Assembly: GCA_963720465.1 (NCBI GenBank)
Contig: OY970393.1
Location: forward strand, 224,001 to 288,000
Origin: Methanobacteriota archaeon
GTDB lineage: Archaea > Halobacteriota > Bog-38 > Methanoflorentales > Methanoflorentaceae
Direction of reading: 5' to 3'
Length of the DNA stretch: 64,000 bases
The position numbers and the translations under genes were made by a program. Position 1 is the stretch's first letter. Every line of letters starts with the position of its first letter. Positions 1 through 9,451 of this stretch are shown here, one piece after another. The notes below the pieces were generated by a model. The model was given only the letters and a program-made list of their open reading frames with translations. It was not told where the DNA came from and searched no databases.

Positions 1-523
1 CTATGGTGTCGTTTGGGCTCGATATTTGCATGACATCCCACAGCGTCAAATTTTGTTGCTTAATTGCTTGCAATGAGGACGCGTCATTCACGTCAAGATA
101 ATGATGTTCCCCGACGCGGACGTGCACGCTCCGAAAAGATTCATAGAACTGGATCGCGTCCGCGCTCGAAGTGCCCTTGACAACGCGGACCAAGTTAGTC
201 TTGAGTTGAGATATTGTGCTGCTTTTCCGTGCCGCAGCACATAAAGGGATCAGCAGCAGGATCGCGCCAAAGTGGCAGTTCCCAGCGCTCTGCCAAGTGG
301 CACTCGCTTGAACCGCATCGAGAATCAGACCGCCTATCCGATGCTGCGCTGACGCTGCTTTTTTGAAGACAGGAAAAATGCCAACCGCAGATGCAAGAAA
401 ATGTTCGTAAGTTACATCTTCAAAGTCGTGCGTTCGGTCTACATTGCCCGGCTTTGGTGTCGCGGACACTTCGAGCAACATTGCTAGCTCGGCACAACCT
501 GCTATGAAATCTGGGTCGTACAT
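1..523 (-). CDS. CitG-like triphosphoribosyl-dephospho-CoA synthase family protein (3'-truncated by window edge)
   Basis: Not in ORF track. Manual translation from ATG at 523: MYDPDFIAGCAELAMLLEVSATPKPGNVDRTHDFEDVTYEHFLAS...GNCHFGAILLLIPL; LEV..PKPGNV and N.HFG motifs of the archaeal CitG family. Confidence 0.85.
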   Translation of the reverse strand, partial: MYDPDFIAGCAELAMLLEVSATPKPGNVDRTHDFEDVTYEHFLASAVGIFPVFKKAASAQHRIGGLILDAVQASATWQSAGNCHFGAILLLIPLCAAARKSSTISQLKTNLVRVVKGTSSADAIQFYESFRSVHVRVGEHHYLDVNDASSLQAIKQQNLTLWDVMQISSPNDTI

Positions 524-533
524 GTTGAAGAGC

Positions 534-1670
534 TCAGTCAAGGTCTCGACAGCTGAGAAATTTCTCTGCAAGTTGCTTTTTGAGTTGCATGTACTCAACG
601 TCGGAAATGCCTAGGTCTTGTAGAGAGCCGTCTCTCCAAGGGCAAGGCCTGGTAATTTTGCAGCACCATACCATGCTCCCGAAGCACGTATCTGGTCCCG
701 CCCCTAGCTTTGTGTTGTTGAAGCTCTCTTTGATTTGGACGTACTCTTCTTGGGAGATGCCCGCCCGTTTCAGAACATAGCGCAATGGACACTCCTTTAC
801 GGGCATGCAACAGTACGCTAACCCCCGCAAGTCCCCTCCAGCGCAAATGTGTTTTGGGGCATTGTACCAACCAACAGCTTCTTGAAATGACTGAACTTCA
901 GTCAGGATTTCTTCAACAGCGGTGTTGTCGGCTACAGCGGCACGGGCGACTGAGACGTAATCCGCTCCCATCGAGAACATTTTGTGGGCGCTGCTATAGT
1001 CCACGATCGAATTGTTTGCGATGATTTTGAGCGCCGTAACATCCCTAATTTTCTTAATCAACGCCGGCCCGGAATCCATCGTGTCGATATGAATCGCGTC
1101 AGCGCCAGCCTTGTCCATAGCCTTTGCGAGCTCTATGTCTCCAACAACGCCTGCGCGTACCTTCACCGACAGGGGCACGTCTGTTTGTTTGATCTCCCGT
1201 ATCCATTCGCTGAGCGTGTTGAGATCGTACGTGAGACACTGGCCCGCGCCAACAGCTTGCATTTCAGGCTGCCTGCAGTGGGCATTTAATTCGAGAATTG
1301 CCCCTTTTTTATGAATCAACTCCGCGATTGCGATCAGGGGCTCCAGCGTAGTTGACCGAGCATTGATTCCGGCTTTTATGTCGATCGTGTTCATGACTCC
1401 GAGCTCATTTTCGATAACAGGTGTCGGTTCGTCGTAAGCAAATTCACTTCGCCCCTTTTTGACGAGCTCTTTTGCCGCTTCGATGGTTGGCGCGTCAAGG
1501 TTGTATCCACCGAGAATTGCTAGTCCAACGCTCCGCGAGGTAGCAAACGAGCTGTTAGTTAGTCCAGCCATGGAAGCGAGAACTAATGGATTGGGGATCC
1601 GGATATCGCCTATCGTCAGTTGAAAGACTTCTTGAGCCACGATGAAACCTCTATACGTATCCATACTCAC
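534..1670 (-). CDS. Dus-like TIM-barrel protein fused to methanogenesis marker 9 Cys-rich domain
   Basis: N-term LASMAG, ELNAHCRQPE, SVKVR (Dus/MJ0144-like); C-term APKHICAGGDLRGLAYCC..K.CP and CFGSMVWCCKITRPCPWRD. Confidence 0.85.
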   Translation of the reverse strand: MSMDTYRGFIVAQEVFQLTIGDIRIPNPLVLASMAGLTNSSFATSRSVGLAILGGYNLDAPTIEAAKELVKKGRSEFAYDEPTPVIENELGVMNTIDIKAGINARSTTLEPLIAIAELIHKKGAILELNAHCRQPEMQAVGAGQCLTYDLNTLSEWIREIKQTDVPLSVKVRAGVVGDIELAKAMDKAGADAIHIDTMDSGPALIKKIRDVTALKIIANNSIVDYSSAHKMFSMGADYVSVARAAVADNTAVEEILTEVQSFQEAVGWYNAPKHICAGGDLRGLAYCCMPVKECPLRYVLKRAGISQEEYVQIKESFNNTKLGAGPDTCFGSMVWCCKITRPCPWRDGSLQDLGISDVEYMQLKKQLAEKFLSCRDLD

Positions 1671-1775
1671 TTGCTACCTTGAAAAGGGCAAGCAGTAAAG
1701 CAGACGCTCAATATTGTAATTTGCTGCTATTTAGTTTTATTTTGCAGACGCCGACTCCGCTGTTCCCATATATCC

Positions 1776-2684
1776 TTAAGTTTGGTGTGCAAGTATGCGC
1801 ACGATCTCTGTCGCCAGCTTTTTGCTTTGCTCTATGCCGTACATAATCGTATCCGCGTGGAACAGTTCGATATCGCCCGGCAAATCGCTTTGAGAAATGT
1901 CGTCGCCATGGTCAACGATTAAGGCATCCAAGAAGTCGCTGTAGAACTCCGCAACCCCTAAGGAGCTGACCGGAAGCTCACGGGATTCCATGAACTTTCC
2001 CGCAGGTCCGCTAATCGGCTCGTTCCGTATTATTGGACTAACAGCAATGACAAATCGGTCTTTAAGGATTTTTCGCATTCCGTTTACGTTAAGAATAGGT
2101 CCTATGCTGGATATCGGATTTGAAGGCCCAATCACGACGGAACGACATTGTTCGAGCGCTGTTTCTACGTCTTTGGTCATTTTGCTGGGCCGGCATCTAA
2201 CGTGCAAGACGCTCGGGGCTTGCTGATATTTTACCAGAAAATCTTGGATATGCATCTCGCCTTTGTCTGTTACGATTGTTGTAGGCACGAAGTCGTCCGT
2301 CATCGGGAGGATCTTGGCAGATAATTGGAACGAAGCGCATATCGTATGGGTTGTATCAGTTAGCGTCGCCCCTCGTCGTAGAAGGTCGCTTCGGAAAATA
2401 TGAATAGCTCGATCAAGCTCGCCTATGATGAGCGGTTCTTTGTATCCTAAGCTTGCCAGTCTTTCGTGGGTACAGAAAGTATCCCCGTTGATACCCCACC
2501 ACCGTTCACTCACAATTCCCGCTGTGGTGTAGATAACCGTGTCAAGGTCCGGGCAAACAAGATTACCCGAGATCCAAATGTCATCTCCGGTATTAGCAAT
2601 GACGGTTACTTGAGCGCCAGAACAATAAAGAAGCAGCCCGCCAAGCAGTTTAGGGCTACCGGTTCCGCCAGATAAGAGTAGCAA
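1776..2684 (-). CDS. cofD: 2-phospho-L-lactate transferase (F420 biosynthesis)
   Basis: LSGGTGSPKLL, NTGDD, CPDLDTV, IGPSNPISSIGPIL, SGPAGKFM motifs. Confidence 0.93.
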   Translation of the reverse strand: MLLLSGGTGSPKLLGGLLLYCSGAQVTVIANTGDDIWISGNLVCPDLDTVIYTTAGIVSERWWGINGDTFCTHERLASLGYKEPLIIGELDRAIHIFRSDLLRRGATLTDTTHTICASFQLSAKILPMTDDFVPTTIVTDKGEMHIQDFLVKYQQAPSVLHVRCRPSKMTKDVETALEQCRSVVIGPSNPISSIGPILNVNGMRKILKDRFVIAVSPIIRNEPISGPAGKFMESRELPVSSLGVAEFYSDFLDALIVDHGDDISQSDLPGDIELFHADTIMYGIEQSKKLATEIVRILAHQT

Positions 2685-2970
2685 TGTTCTTCCCCGGCGT
2701 TCCAGTGAGCTTTTCTAGAATAAATGGCTATGTCACGCACAACTAGAACTGCGTTTGTCGGCGACTTGAAAAGGCGCGTAAAGAATGGAGCCCTTGTCTC
2801 ACTGCGTGCCGATTGGCAGCAAGATTCTTTCAATTGTTAGGCATATTAATGGGGATCTCAACAGTCGCGCCGCGCAGGCGTCAAACCCAAAAGCCTTAAG
2901 ACGGTGAGCACGTAGAATTAGAGGTGTTGTGGCCGTAGCCACCTGACGGTCGCTTCGCTTAAGCTTTGAT

Positions 2971-3354
2971 TTGCCAGAAACTGTGAGCGGGAGTGGATAT
3001 TTGTCTCGTGGTCACGTTGTTTTGACGAGTAACGCGGGCCCAGCAGATTTGAGGGTCGACGCAACTCGAATGGGAAAAGACTTACTCGTCACGTTGGTGG
3101 GGGGAAAAGCGCATGTGGGTGCCGTTGCGCTTGGCGGATTTCACAGGAGGTCTTATGCTTCGGTGCTAACTGTTCCCAATCATCGGGATGATATTATCGC
3201 TAAGGAAGCGGCTTTGCGAATTTCGAAAGAATTGCGCCAGAGCTGCGTCGTGGTTGTCGGGATTCACGTTCACGACGTATCTAAAGGGCAAGTCGCAGAA
3301 ATTGTTGATGCATCATTTTCGCTTGTTAATGAACTTATCGAGGCTCTTAAATGA
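2971..3354 (+). CDS. LpdD-like (prenylated-flavin chaperone / PAC4-fold) small protein; start uncertain
   Basis: MGKDLLVTLVGGKAHVGAVA...HRDD...VVVGIHV pattern; ATGA overlap with ubiX. Confidence 0.65.
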   Translation: MPETVSGSGYLSRGHVVLTSNAGPADLRVDATRMGKDLLVTLVGGKAHVGAVALGGFHRRSYASVLTVPNHRDDIIAKEAALRISKELRQSCVVVVGIHVHDVSKGQVAEIVDASFSLVNELIEALK

Positions 3355-3905
3355 CAATTATAGTTGCCATTACCGGCGCAAGCGGCGTGCAGTACGGTGT
3401 TCGGTTGCTCGAGACGCTGAATCAGCTCGGCGTCGACACGCAGCTCGTTGTGACCAAAAGTGGCCAGGAGCTTATAGGCATTGAGACTGATTACAGCTTG
3501 AACTACGTCACGTCGCTAGTCAACCGCACGTACGACGAAATGGACCTCGCCGCGCCTATTGCAAGCGGTTCCCACATTAGTAACGGCATGGTAATAATTC
3601 CGTGCAGCGTGAAGACGCTTGGAAGTATCGCACACGGCATTTCTTCAAACCTTGTAACGCGCGCCGCAGATGTATGTTTAAAGGAACATAGGAAGCTCAT
3701 ATTGGTTGTGCGCGAAACCCCGTTGAACGGGATTCATTTGAGCAACATGCTGAAATTATCGCAGTGCGGAGCTGTCATAGTTCCCGCTAGTCCTGGGTTT
3801 TACACGCGTCCGACTACGATCGAAGAGCTCATTGACGCTCTGGTTGCCCGGGTGCTCGACCTGTTGCAGCTTGACCATTCGGTGTCGCGACGCTGGGGCG
3901 ACTAA
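3351..3905 (+). CDS. ubiX: Flavin prenyltransferase UbiX
   Basis: ITGASG, IASGS, PCSVKTL, RAADVCLKE, RETPL, PGFY motifs. Confidence 0.95.
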   Translation: MTIIVAITGASGVQYGVRLLETLNQLGVDTQLVVTKSGQELIGIETDYSLNYVTSLVNRTYDEMDLAAPIASGSHISNGMVIIPCSVKTLGSIAHGISSNLVTRAADVCLKEHRKLILVVRETPLNGIHLSNMLKLSQCGAVIVPASPGFYTRPTTIEELIDALVARVLDLLQLDHSVSRRWGD

Positions 3906-5144
3906 ATGAGACACTTCATTCACCATCTAAAGGACTCAGGACAACTAGAAGTCGTAACTAAGCCCGTTTCGCCGATATTGCAAGCACCGCGCCTAGCCCG
4001 AGGACGGGGACCGGTACTGTTCGAACGTATTGACGGCTCTCAAGCCATCGTAAACCTTTTGGCTTCGCGTGCGCTGCTGGCCCAAGCGCTCAACGTCGAC
4101 GAACGAGGGCTTATTCGTAAGCTTTTAAGCACGGCGGCAACGGGAAAAACGGTGCTACAAGACCTTGCGTGGGACGTAGAATGCACTCCTGATCTGAGCA
4201 AGTTGCCTGTAATGAAGTTTTTCGAGCGAGATGGTGGACCCTACATCACCGCAGGCGTCGTGGTGGCAAAATATGGTCACAGAATAAACGCGTCAGTTCA
4301 TCGCATGATGGTTGTCGACAAAACGTCGTTAGCTGTGAGGCTCGTGCCCCCGCGCCACACGTATCTGATGCACAAAGCATCTGTAAAAAAAGCCGAGCCG
4401 TTGAACATCGCCATTGCCATAGGCGTCGATCCTGTCACGCTATTCGCAACAACAACGAGACTCCCGTGTGGTCTCGAATTCAACTATGCGGCCGCCCTGA
4501 AGGGAAAGGCTCAGACCCTCATTGAATGTGAAAATGGGATCCCTGTCCCGCCAAGCGAAATAGTCTTGGAGGGACAAATAAGCCCAACAAGAACTACAAA
4601 TGAAGGTCCTTTTGTGGATCTCACGGGCACTTATGACGTCGTTCGACCTGAACCAGTTATCGAAGTAACGAGAATGGTGTCGGCTAGAGACCCCATCTAC
4701 CACTCGATATTGCCAGCGGGTGTCGAACACTCGCTTTTGATGGGTATTCCGTACGAACCGCAGATCTACAACGCGTGCAAAAACGTAACAAAAGTGAAGA
4801 ATGTAGTCTTGACTGCAGGAGGGCGTCACTATCTGCACGCTGTTATACAGATAGAGAAACAGACCGAGGGGGACGCAAAAAATGTGATCATGGCAGCGTT
4901 TGCGGCTCACACGAGTTTGAAACACGTTGTAGTGGTCGATGAGGACATTGATATCTACGACGCTGATGATATAGAATTTGCAATCGCCACGCGCGTTAAA
5001 GGCGATTTAGATGTTATAGTCATCCCAAACGTGCGCGGATCGTCCCTCGACCCGCGTAGTGGAAGCGACGGCACGACAACGAAAGTCGGCGTCGACGCTA
5101 CCGCACCGCTGGTCGATCACTGGAAGTTTGAGAGGGTCCATTAA
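3906..5144 (+). CDS. UbiD-family prFMN decarboxylase, probably anhydromevalonate phosphate decarboxylase (archaeal mevalonate pathway)
   Basis: DGGPYITAG, SVHRM, EGPFVDLTGTYD, KHVVVVDEDID, GSSLDP, KVGVDAT; directly after ubiX. Confidence 0.88.
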   Translation: MRHFIHHLKDSGQLEVVTKPVSPILQAPRLARGRGPVLFERIDGSQAIVNLLASRALLAQALNVDERGLIRKLLSTAATGKTVLQDLAWDVECTPDLSKLPVMKFFERDGGPYITAGVVVAKYGHRINASVHRMMVVDKTSLAVRLVPPRHTYLMHKASVKKAEPLNIAIAIGVDPVTLFATTTRLPCGLEFNYAAALKGKAQTLIECENGIPVPPSEIVLEGQISPTRTTNEGPFVDLTGTYDVVRPEPVIEVTRMVSARDPIYHSILPAGVEHSLLMGIPYEPQIYNACKNVTKVKNVVLTAGGRHYLHAVIQIEKQTEGDAKNVIMAAFAAHTSLKHVVVVDEDIDIYDADDIEFAIATRVKGDLDVIVIPNVRGSSLDPRSGSDGTTTKVGVDATAPLVDHWKFERVH

Positions 5145-5254
5145 CACGCGTTTGTCCGGATTTCGCTCGGTGTTTATGGACGCACCGCACGAATGCACGA
5201 GCAAATTGCGCAGCTTATGAAAAACCTTATAATTTACAAAACTTAGTCCTACGT

Positions 5255-6430
5255 GTGCGAACGAGGCTCGCTCTTGAAGGCCACACTCCTGTTTTGGTGC
5301 CGCGTTTGGATCCAAACGCGTCGTACCCTCCATCATCGGCACCGGTCTTCTACAACCCACGAATGGAGTTAAGTCGAGACATAAACGTTGCTTGTATACA
5401 GGTTCTTGACAATAATCAACGCGACAACAGGGGGCTCACGTATCTAGATGCGCTCGCGGGTTGTGGCATACGGGGTCTCAGAGTTGCGAACGAGGCGCAG
5501 GTCGAGGTCACTGTCAACGATTATGACCTCGCAGCATATGAGTTGATCAAGAGGAACGCGAAAAGATTGCAGCTGAACGTCCACGTGGAGCACCGTGATG
5601 CGAATGCTTTGATGTCTGAAGCGAGGTTCAACGTAATCGACCTCGATCCGTTCGGATCTCCAGCCCCTTTTGTTGACGCAGCGTGCAGGTCAGCCACGAA
5701 GATGCTTTGTGTGACTGCGACGGACACTGCCCCTCTCAGCGGTGCTCATTTTAATGCCGGCGTGAGGAGGTATTCTGCACTGCCTATGAACACAGAGTAT
5801 CACGCTGAGACAGGGATAAGAATACTCATCGGCACAATTATTCGAGAGCTTGTCAAATATGATAAATCTGCCACTCCTGTCCTTGCGCACGCAACCGAAC
5901 ACTACTATCGGGTTTATTTGCTTCTCGATCGCGGCGCCGAGCTCGCCAATACATGTGTCAGGTCGATGGGATTCATAGCCCACTGTTTTACGTGCGGACA
6001 TCGCTATGTGCTCCCAGGGCTGTTTCCTATGCTGCGCCCTGACTGTGCGTTTTGCGGCGCACCACTTGCCGTGGCTGGGCCTCTCTGGCTCGGGACTCTG
6101 CGTGATCAAAAATTCTGCCAGCTAGTTCTTGAAAACATTGAGAACGGTGTTTTTGGCACCAAGAGGCGCGCCGCAAAAATCATAACACTGTGTCTAAATG
6201 AGCTTGACACGGTAACGTTTTTTGATTACCACAAGCTCCTGAGAGAACTCAAGCGTCCACCGGTTCCTATTGAAGCACTCGTAAGCGGACTGCGCGCCGT
6301 CGGTTGTCGCGCATCGAGAACTCATTTTTCAGGCACGTCGATTAAGACGGACGCTGACGCAGCCACGTTGAAGGGGGTGCTGCTCGATTTGAGCTGCGAG
6401 AGCGAGAAAGCCCGACTTAATCACGGTTGA
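5255..6430 (+). CDS. trm1: tRNA (guanine-26-N2)-dimethyltransferase
   Basis: VFYNPRMELSRD, DALAGCGIRGLR, DLDPFGSP, VTATDTAPLSG, CxxC..CxxC GPLWLG, SRTHF. Confidence 0.93.
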   Translation: MRTRLALEGHTPVLVPRLDPNASYPPSSAPVFYNPRMELSRDINVACIQVLDNNQRDNRGLTYLDALAGCGIRGLRVANEAQVEVTVNDYDLAAYELIKRNAKRLQLNVHVEHRDANALMSEARFNVIDLDPFGSPAPFVDAACRSATKMLCVTATDTAPLSGAHFNAGVRRYSALPMNTEYHAETGIRILIGTIIRELVKYDKSATPVLAHATEHYYRVYLLLDRGAELANTCVRSMGFIAHCFTCGHRYVLPGLFPMLRPDCAFCGAPLAVAGPLWLGTLRDQKFCQLVLENIENGVFGTKRRAAKIITLCLNELDTVTFFDYHKLLRELKRPPVPIEALVSGLRAVGCRASRTHFSGTSIKTDADAATLKGVLLDLSCESEKARLNHG

Positions 6431-6518
6431 GGACGGAATCGTAACGGTCTGCTTGAAAACAACGGCGAACACAGGAGAACTGAAAAGTCTTTGTTGAGCG
6501 TGACCAGTATGCCATCAG

Positions 6519-7130
6519 TCACATTCCCAAAGTCTTGCGGATGACTTGGGTAAAGACGAGTGAGCACACCAGGTACCAAACAAGCCAAACAGGAAAAGTC
6601 AAAATGACGCCTTGAGTGTACGCGAGTGCTCCAAAATGGGGAAAAGTCATCGTAGTTGGCACGCTGGTCGGCCATGAACCTACGTTCGCCATTGTGTAAC
6701 TCAGCCAGCCGAACAGTGGTAGCGAGATGATCAGTATGTATGGCATAGGTCTCATGGTCTGGGCTTGAACGTCCATGCTGAGCTCCATCACTTCGGCACG
6801 TTCCTTTTCGAGCTTTTTCAGTTTGCCTTGGTCTCCGGCCAGTTGGGCCTCACGGTAGACCTTCTGAAATTCCCTCATCTTTGCTTGAGACTGTTTTACC
6901 TGGTCTTGATCTACGAAGCGGTTCAGCAGCAGAGAAGAGTAAGAGCCCGTGATAACCGACAGCAAGAGGATGGTAATAAAGAGAGGAACGTGGAGGGTGG
7001 TGACCAAGCCCCCAAGGACATAGTTCATGGCTTGACCAACGGGATTTCGCAGAAAAGCATAGGCTATGGTCATCACCAAATAAACGAGCAAGAGCCTCGT
7101 CATCACGCTAGTCGTACTTTGTTGTGCCAT
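6519..7130 (-). CDS. DUF106 / EMC3-TMCO1 (Oxa1 superfamily) membrane insertase-like protein
   Basis: TM, coiled coil (KMREFQK..KLKKLE), MRPM..IISLPLFGW, C-term WLVWYLVCS..QVIRK. Confidence 0.85.
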   Translation of the reverse strand: MAQQSTTSVMTRLLLVYLVMTIAYAFLRNPVGQAMNYVLGGLVTTLHVPLFITILLLSVITGSYSSLLLNRFVDQDQVKQSQAKMREFQKVYREAQLAGDQGKLKKLEKERAEVMELSMDVQAQTMRPMPYILIISLPLFGWLSYTMANVGSWPTSVPTTMTFPHFGALAYTQGVILTFPVWLVWYLVCSLVFTQVIRKTLGM

Positions 7131-7280
7131 TACTCGCAAACATCAATGCGCCGTTCGGAAAAGAACCTTTTTTGGGTTTGTAGCTGCAGATACAACGAGT
7201 AGTTTCCGATACGTGAATAAATAGTTTTACGTTGACAATTTGTGGCTCGACCCGCGACTTTAGCACAGGTTGTCCAATCT

Positions 7281-7895
7281 TCAGTGACTCAGCTTGGTCA
7301 AACGGTTTGCTGAGGGGGTATAACGCTTAGCTACTATGTATGTTTCGGCGCTTTGCTTTCGTGATGCTCGCGGGTTGAACGCTTTGACAAACTTAAAATA
7401 CGCGCTCACGTCGCGTATGAACGTGTCAAAGAGGTCCCCTTGGAAAACTTTTACCACGAAGTTGCCGCCTGGTTTCAGAACGTTTTTGGTGATCTCTAGT
7501 GCGCAGGCTGAAAGGTTGATTGATCGTGCGTGATCTAGGCTCCATGCGCCACTTAGATTTGGGGCAGCATCCGATATGACGACATCCACAGCATCGACGA
7601 TCTCGTGTATTTTATTCGCAATTTCTGGGGAAGTTAGGTCGCCTCGAATAGGCGTCACCCCCTCCAGCGGAACGATCTGCTGCAGATCAACGGCTATGGC
7701 AGACGCTCCCAAATGGCGGATCACTTGGAGCCATCCGCCAGGGGCGGCGCCCAAATCGACGACCACGTCTCCTGGTCGCATAATGTGGTACCGTTCTTGA
7801 ATTTCCAGCAGTTTGAAAGAAGCTCGCGATCGATATCCTTCCGATTTCGCCCGCCGGTAGTAATAGTCCTTTCGCCGTTTCTCGAGGCTTTTCAT
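7281..7895 (-). CDS. rlmE: 23S rRNA Um2552 2'-O-methyltransferase
   Basis: DYYYRRAKSEGYRSRASFKL, DLGAAPGGW, SDAAPNLSG, KVFQG, SRKQSAE; start trimmed to ATG 7895. Confidence 0.93.
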   Translation of the reverse strand: MKSLEKRRKDYYYRRAKSEGYRSRASFKLLEIQERYHIMRPGDVVVDLGAAPGGWLQVIRHLGASAIAVDLQQIVPLEGVTPIRGDLTSPEIANKIHEIVDAVDVVISDAAPNLSGAWSLDHARSINLSACALEITKNVLKPGGNFVVKVFQGDLFDTFIRDVSAYFKFVKAFNPRASRKQSAETYIVAKRYTPSANRLTKLSH

Positions 7896-8035
7896 TCTAG
7901 ATAATAGGGAGCGCACAGAATAAAAAGCATTATGGGCAGCCAGACGGCTTTTATATATTACTCTACTAATAGACAACTGCATAAACAAGAAAGATGAAGA
8001 ACTTAAGAAACGTCGCGGCCAGCACAGACCGATCC

Positions 8036-8539
8036 ATGTGGATAGAGCTTGACGGGTGGCAGGCAAAGCTCCGATTTTCAGCGTGCCATTTTATACCGGA
8101 TCACCCGAAATGCGGGCGCTTGCACGGGCATACATATGCTATGAGTGCGAAGATCGTCGGCGCGCAGATTCACGATTTTGTAATGGACTTTGAGGACCTC
8201 AAAAGACAAGTTGCAGAGATCTGTGAAGCTCTCGATCATAAAATTCTGCTCGCATCTCGAGACGCGGATGTCCAGATACGGAACACGGGCGCTGGAGATA
8301 TCGCGGTCACGGTCGGAAAGTGTGGGAAGCGTTACTGCTTCCCGAGAGAGGACGTGTTTATGCTCCCCATCAATTCTGCGAGCGCTGAAGATCTTTGTTC
8401 CTTCCTCCTCGATGAGCTTTGTAACAAGCTTGACCTCAGCGCTATAACAGAAGTCAGCGTCCGTTTAGATGAGGGTTTGGGGCAAGGCGCAGGCAGCGTC
8501 CGGTACTTTCGCTCTCAAGACAAGCAACTCAGGGCCTAG
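8036..8539 (+). CDS. queD: 6-carboxytetrahydropterin synthase / PTPS family
   Basis: FSACH, CGRLHGHTY, DH+LL, SAE motifs; likely start ATG 8036. Confidence 0.8.
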   Translation: MWIELDGWQAKLRFSACHFIPDHPKCGRLHGHTYAMSAKIVGAQIHDFVMDFEDLKRQVAEICEALDHKILLASRDADVQIRNTGAGDIAVTVGKCGKRYCFPREDVFMLPINSASAEDLCSFLLDELCNKLDLSAITEVSVRLDEGLGQGAGSVRYFRSQDKQLRA

Positions 8540-8667
8540 TTGAACGCCGCATTCCATTTTTTTTTCCTGCCGAGGGCAGATCGTTTTGCGAGCCAATTCT
8601 GAACAGCAAAGATATAAAGTTATGATCAGACATATACGGAGTTTAGACGGTTACAAGGGAGTGGAGC

Positions 8668-9414
8668 ATGTTTAAAGCTGATATTCTCGGAGAGACTTTG
8701 AAGGAAGGCATCGAAGCGTTGACTATCATTGTTGATGAAGCGCGGGTACATTTAAGCAAAGATGGCCTGTACGCGAGAAATGCAGACCCATCGTACGTGG
8801 CTATGGTGCAGTTTGAATTGTCGGTTAAAGCTTTTGAAAACTATGAAACTGACGATGAGGTTGTCACACTTGATCTCAAGAAAATGCAGGACATTCTTGA
8901 GCTGGCTAATCGTACAGATGTCATCCGAATGGCCGTTGACGAGAACCGAATGGCCTTGTCATTTGGAGATCTTAAATACAGTATCGCACTCTTAAGTCCC
9001 TACTCGATAAAGAAGGAGCCCAAAGTGCCAAAGATTGAATCTGCTGCACACATCGTTATCACGGGAAAAGAGTTTAGGTGGGCGGTGAAAGCAGCAGGCA
9101 AAGTTAGTGACAATATCGCCCTTGGGTGCACTGACACTGACTTTTTCATGGAAGCTCTTGGTGACTCTGATACTATGCGTCTCGAGCTGTCAAAAGATCA
9201 GCTTATCGACGTATCGCGCACCGATGGCAAAACAGATGAAGTAAGATCACTTTTTAGTCTTGAATTCTTGCTTGAAATGTCCAAAGCAGTCGGAAAGGCT
9301 TCTGAAGTCTCTCTCGACATGGGCAAGAACATACCACTCAAGGTTGCATTTGAGTTTGCCGACGGCAACGGTTCTGTCTCGTATCTCTTGGCGCCGCGTA
9401 TCGAACAAGAATAA
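8668..9414 (+). CDS. pcn: DNA polymerase sliding clamp PCNA
   Basis: MFKA, DPSYVAMV, SLFSLEFL, YLLAPRIE. Confidence 0.95.
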   Translation: MFKADILGETLKEGIEALTIIVDEARVHLSKDGLYARNADPSYVAMVQFELSVKAFENYETDDEVVTLDLKKMQDILELANRTDVIRMAVDENRMALSFGDLKYSIALLSPYSIKKEPKVPKIESAAHIVITGKEFRWAVKAAGKVSDNIALGCTDTDFFMEALGDSDTMRLELSKDQLIDVSRTDGKTDEVRSLFSLEFLLEMSKAVGKASEVSLDMGKNIPLKVAFEFADGNGSVSYLLAPRIEQE

Positions 9415-9451
9415 AACTCAAACGCCGTCGCACTGGGCCGACGCGAGAAGC

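Noticed and set aside
7896-8066. N-terminal extensions of rlmE and queD overlapping head-to-head
   Set aside because: Artefact of longest-ORF calling; homology begins at 7895 and 8036, with an AT-rich divergent promoter region between them.
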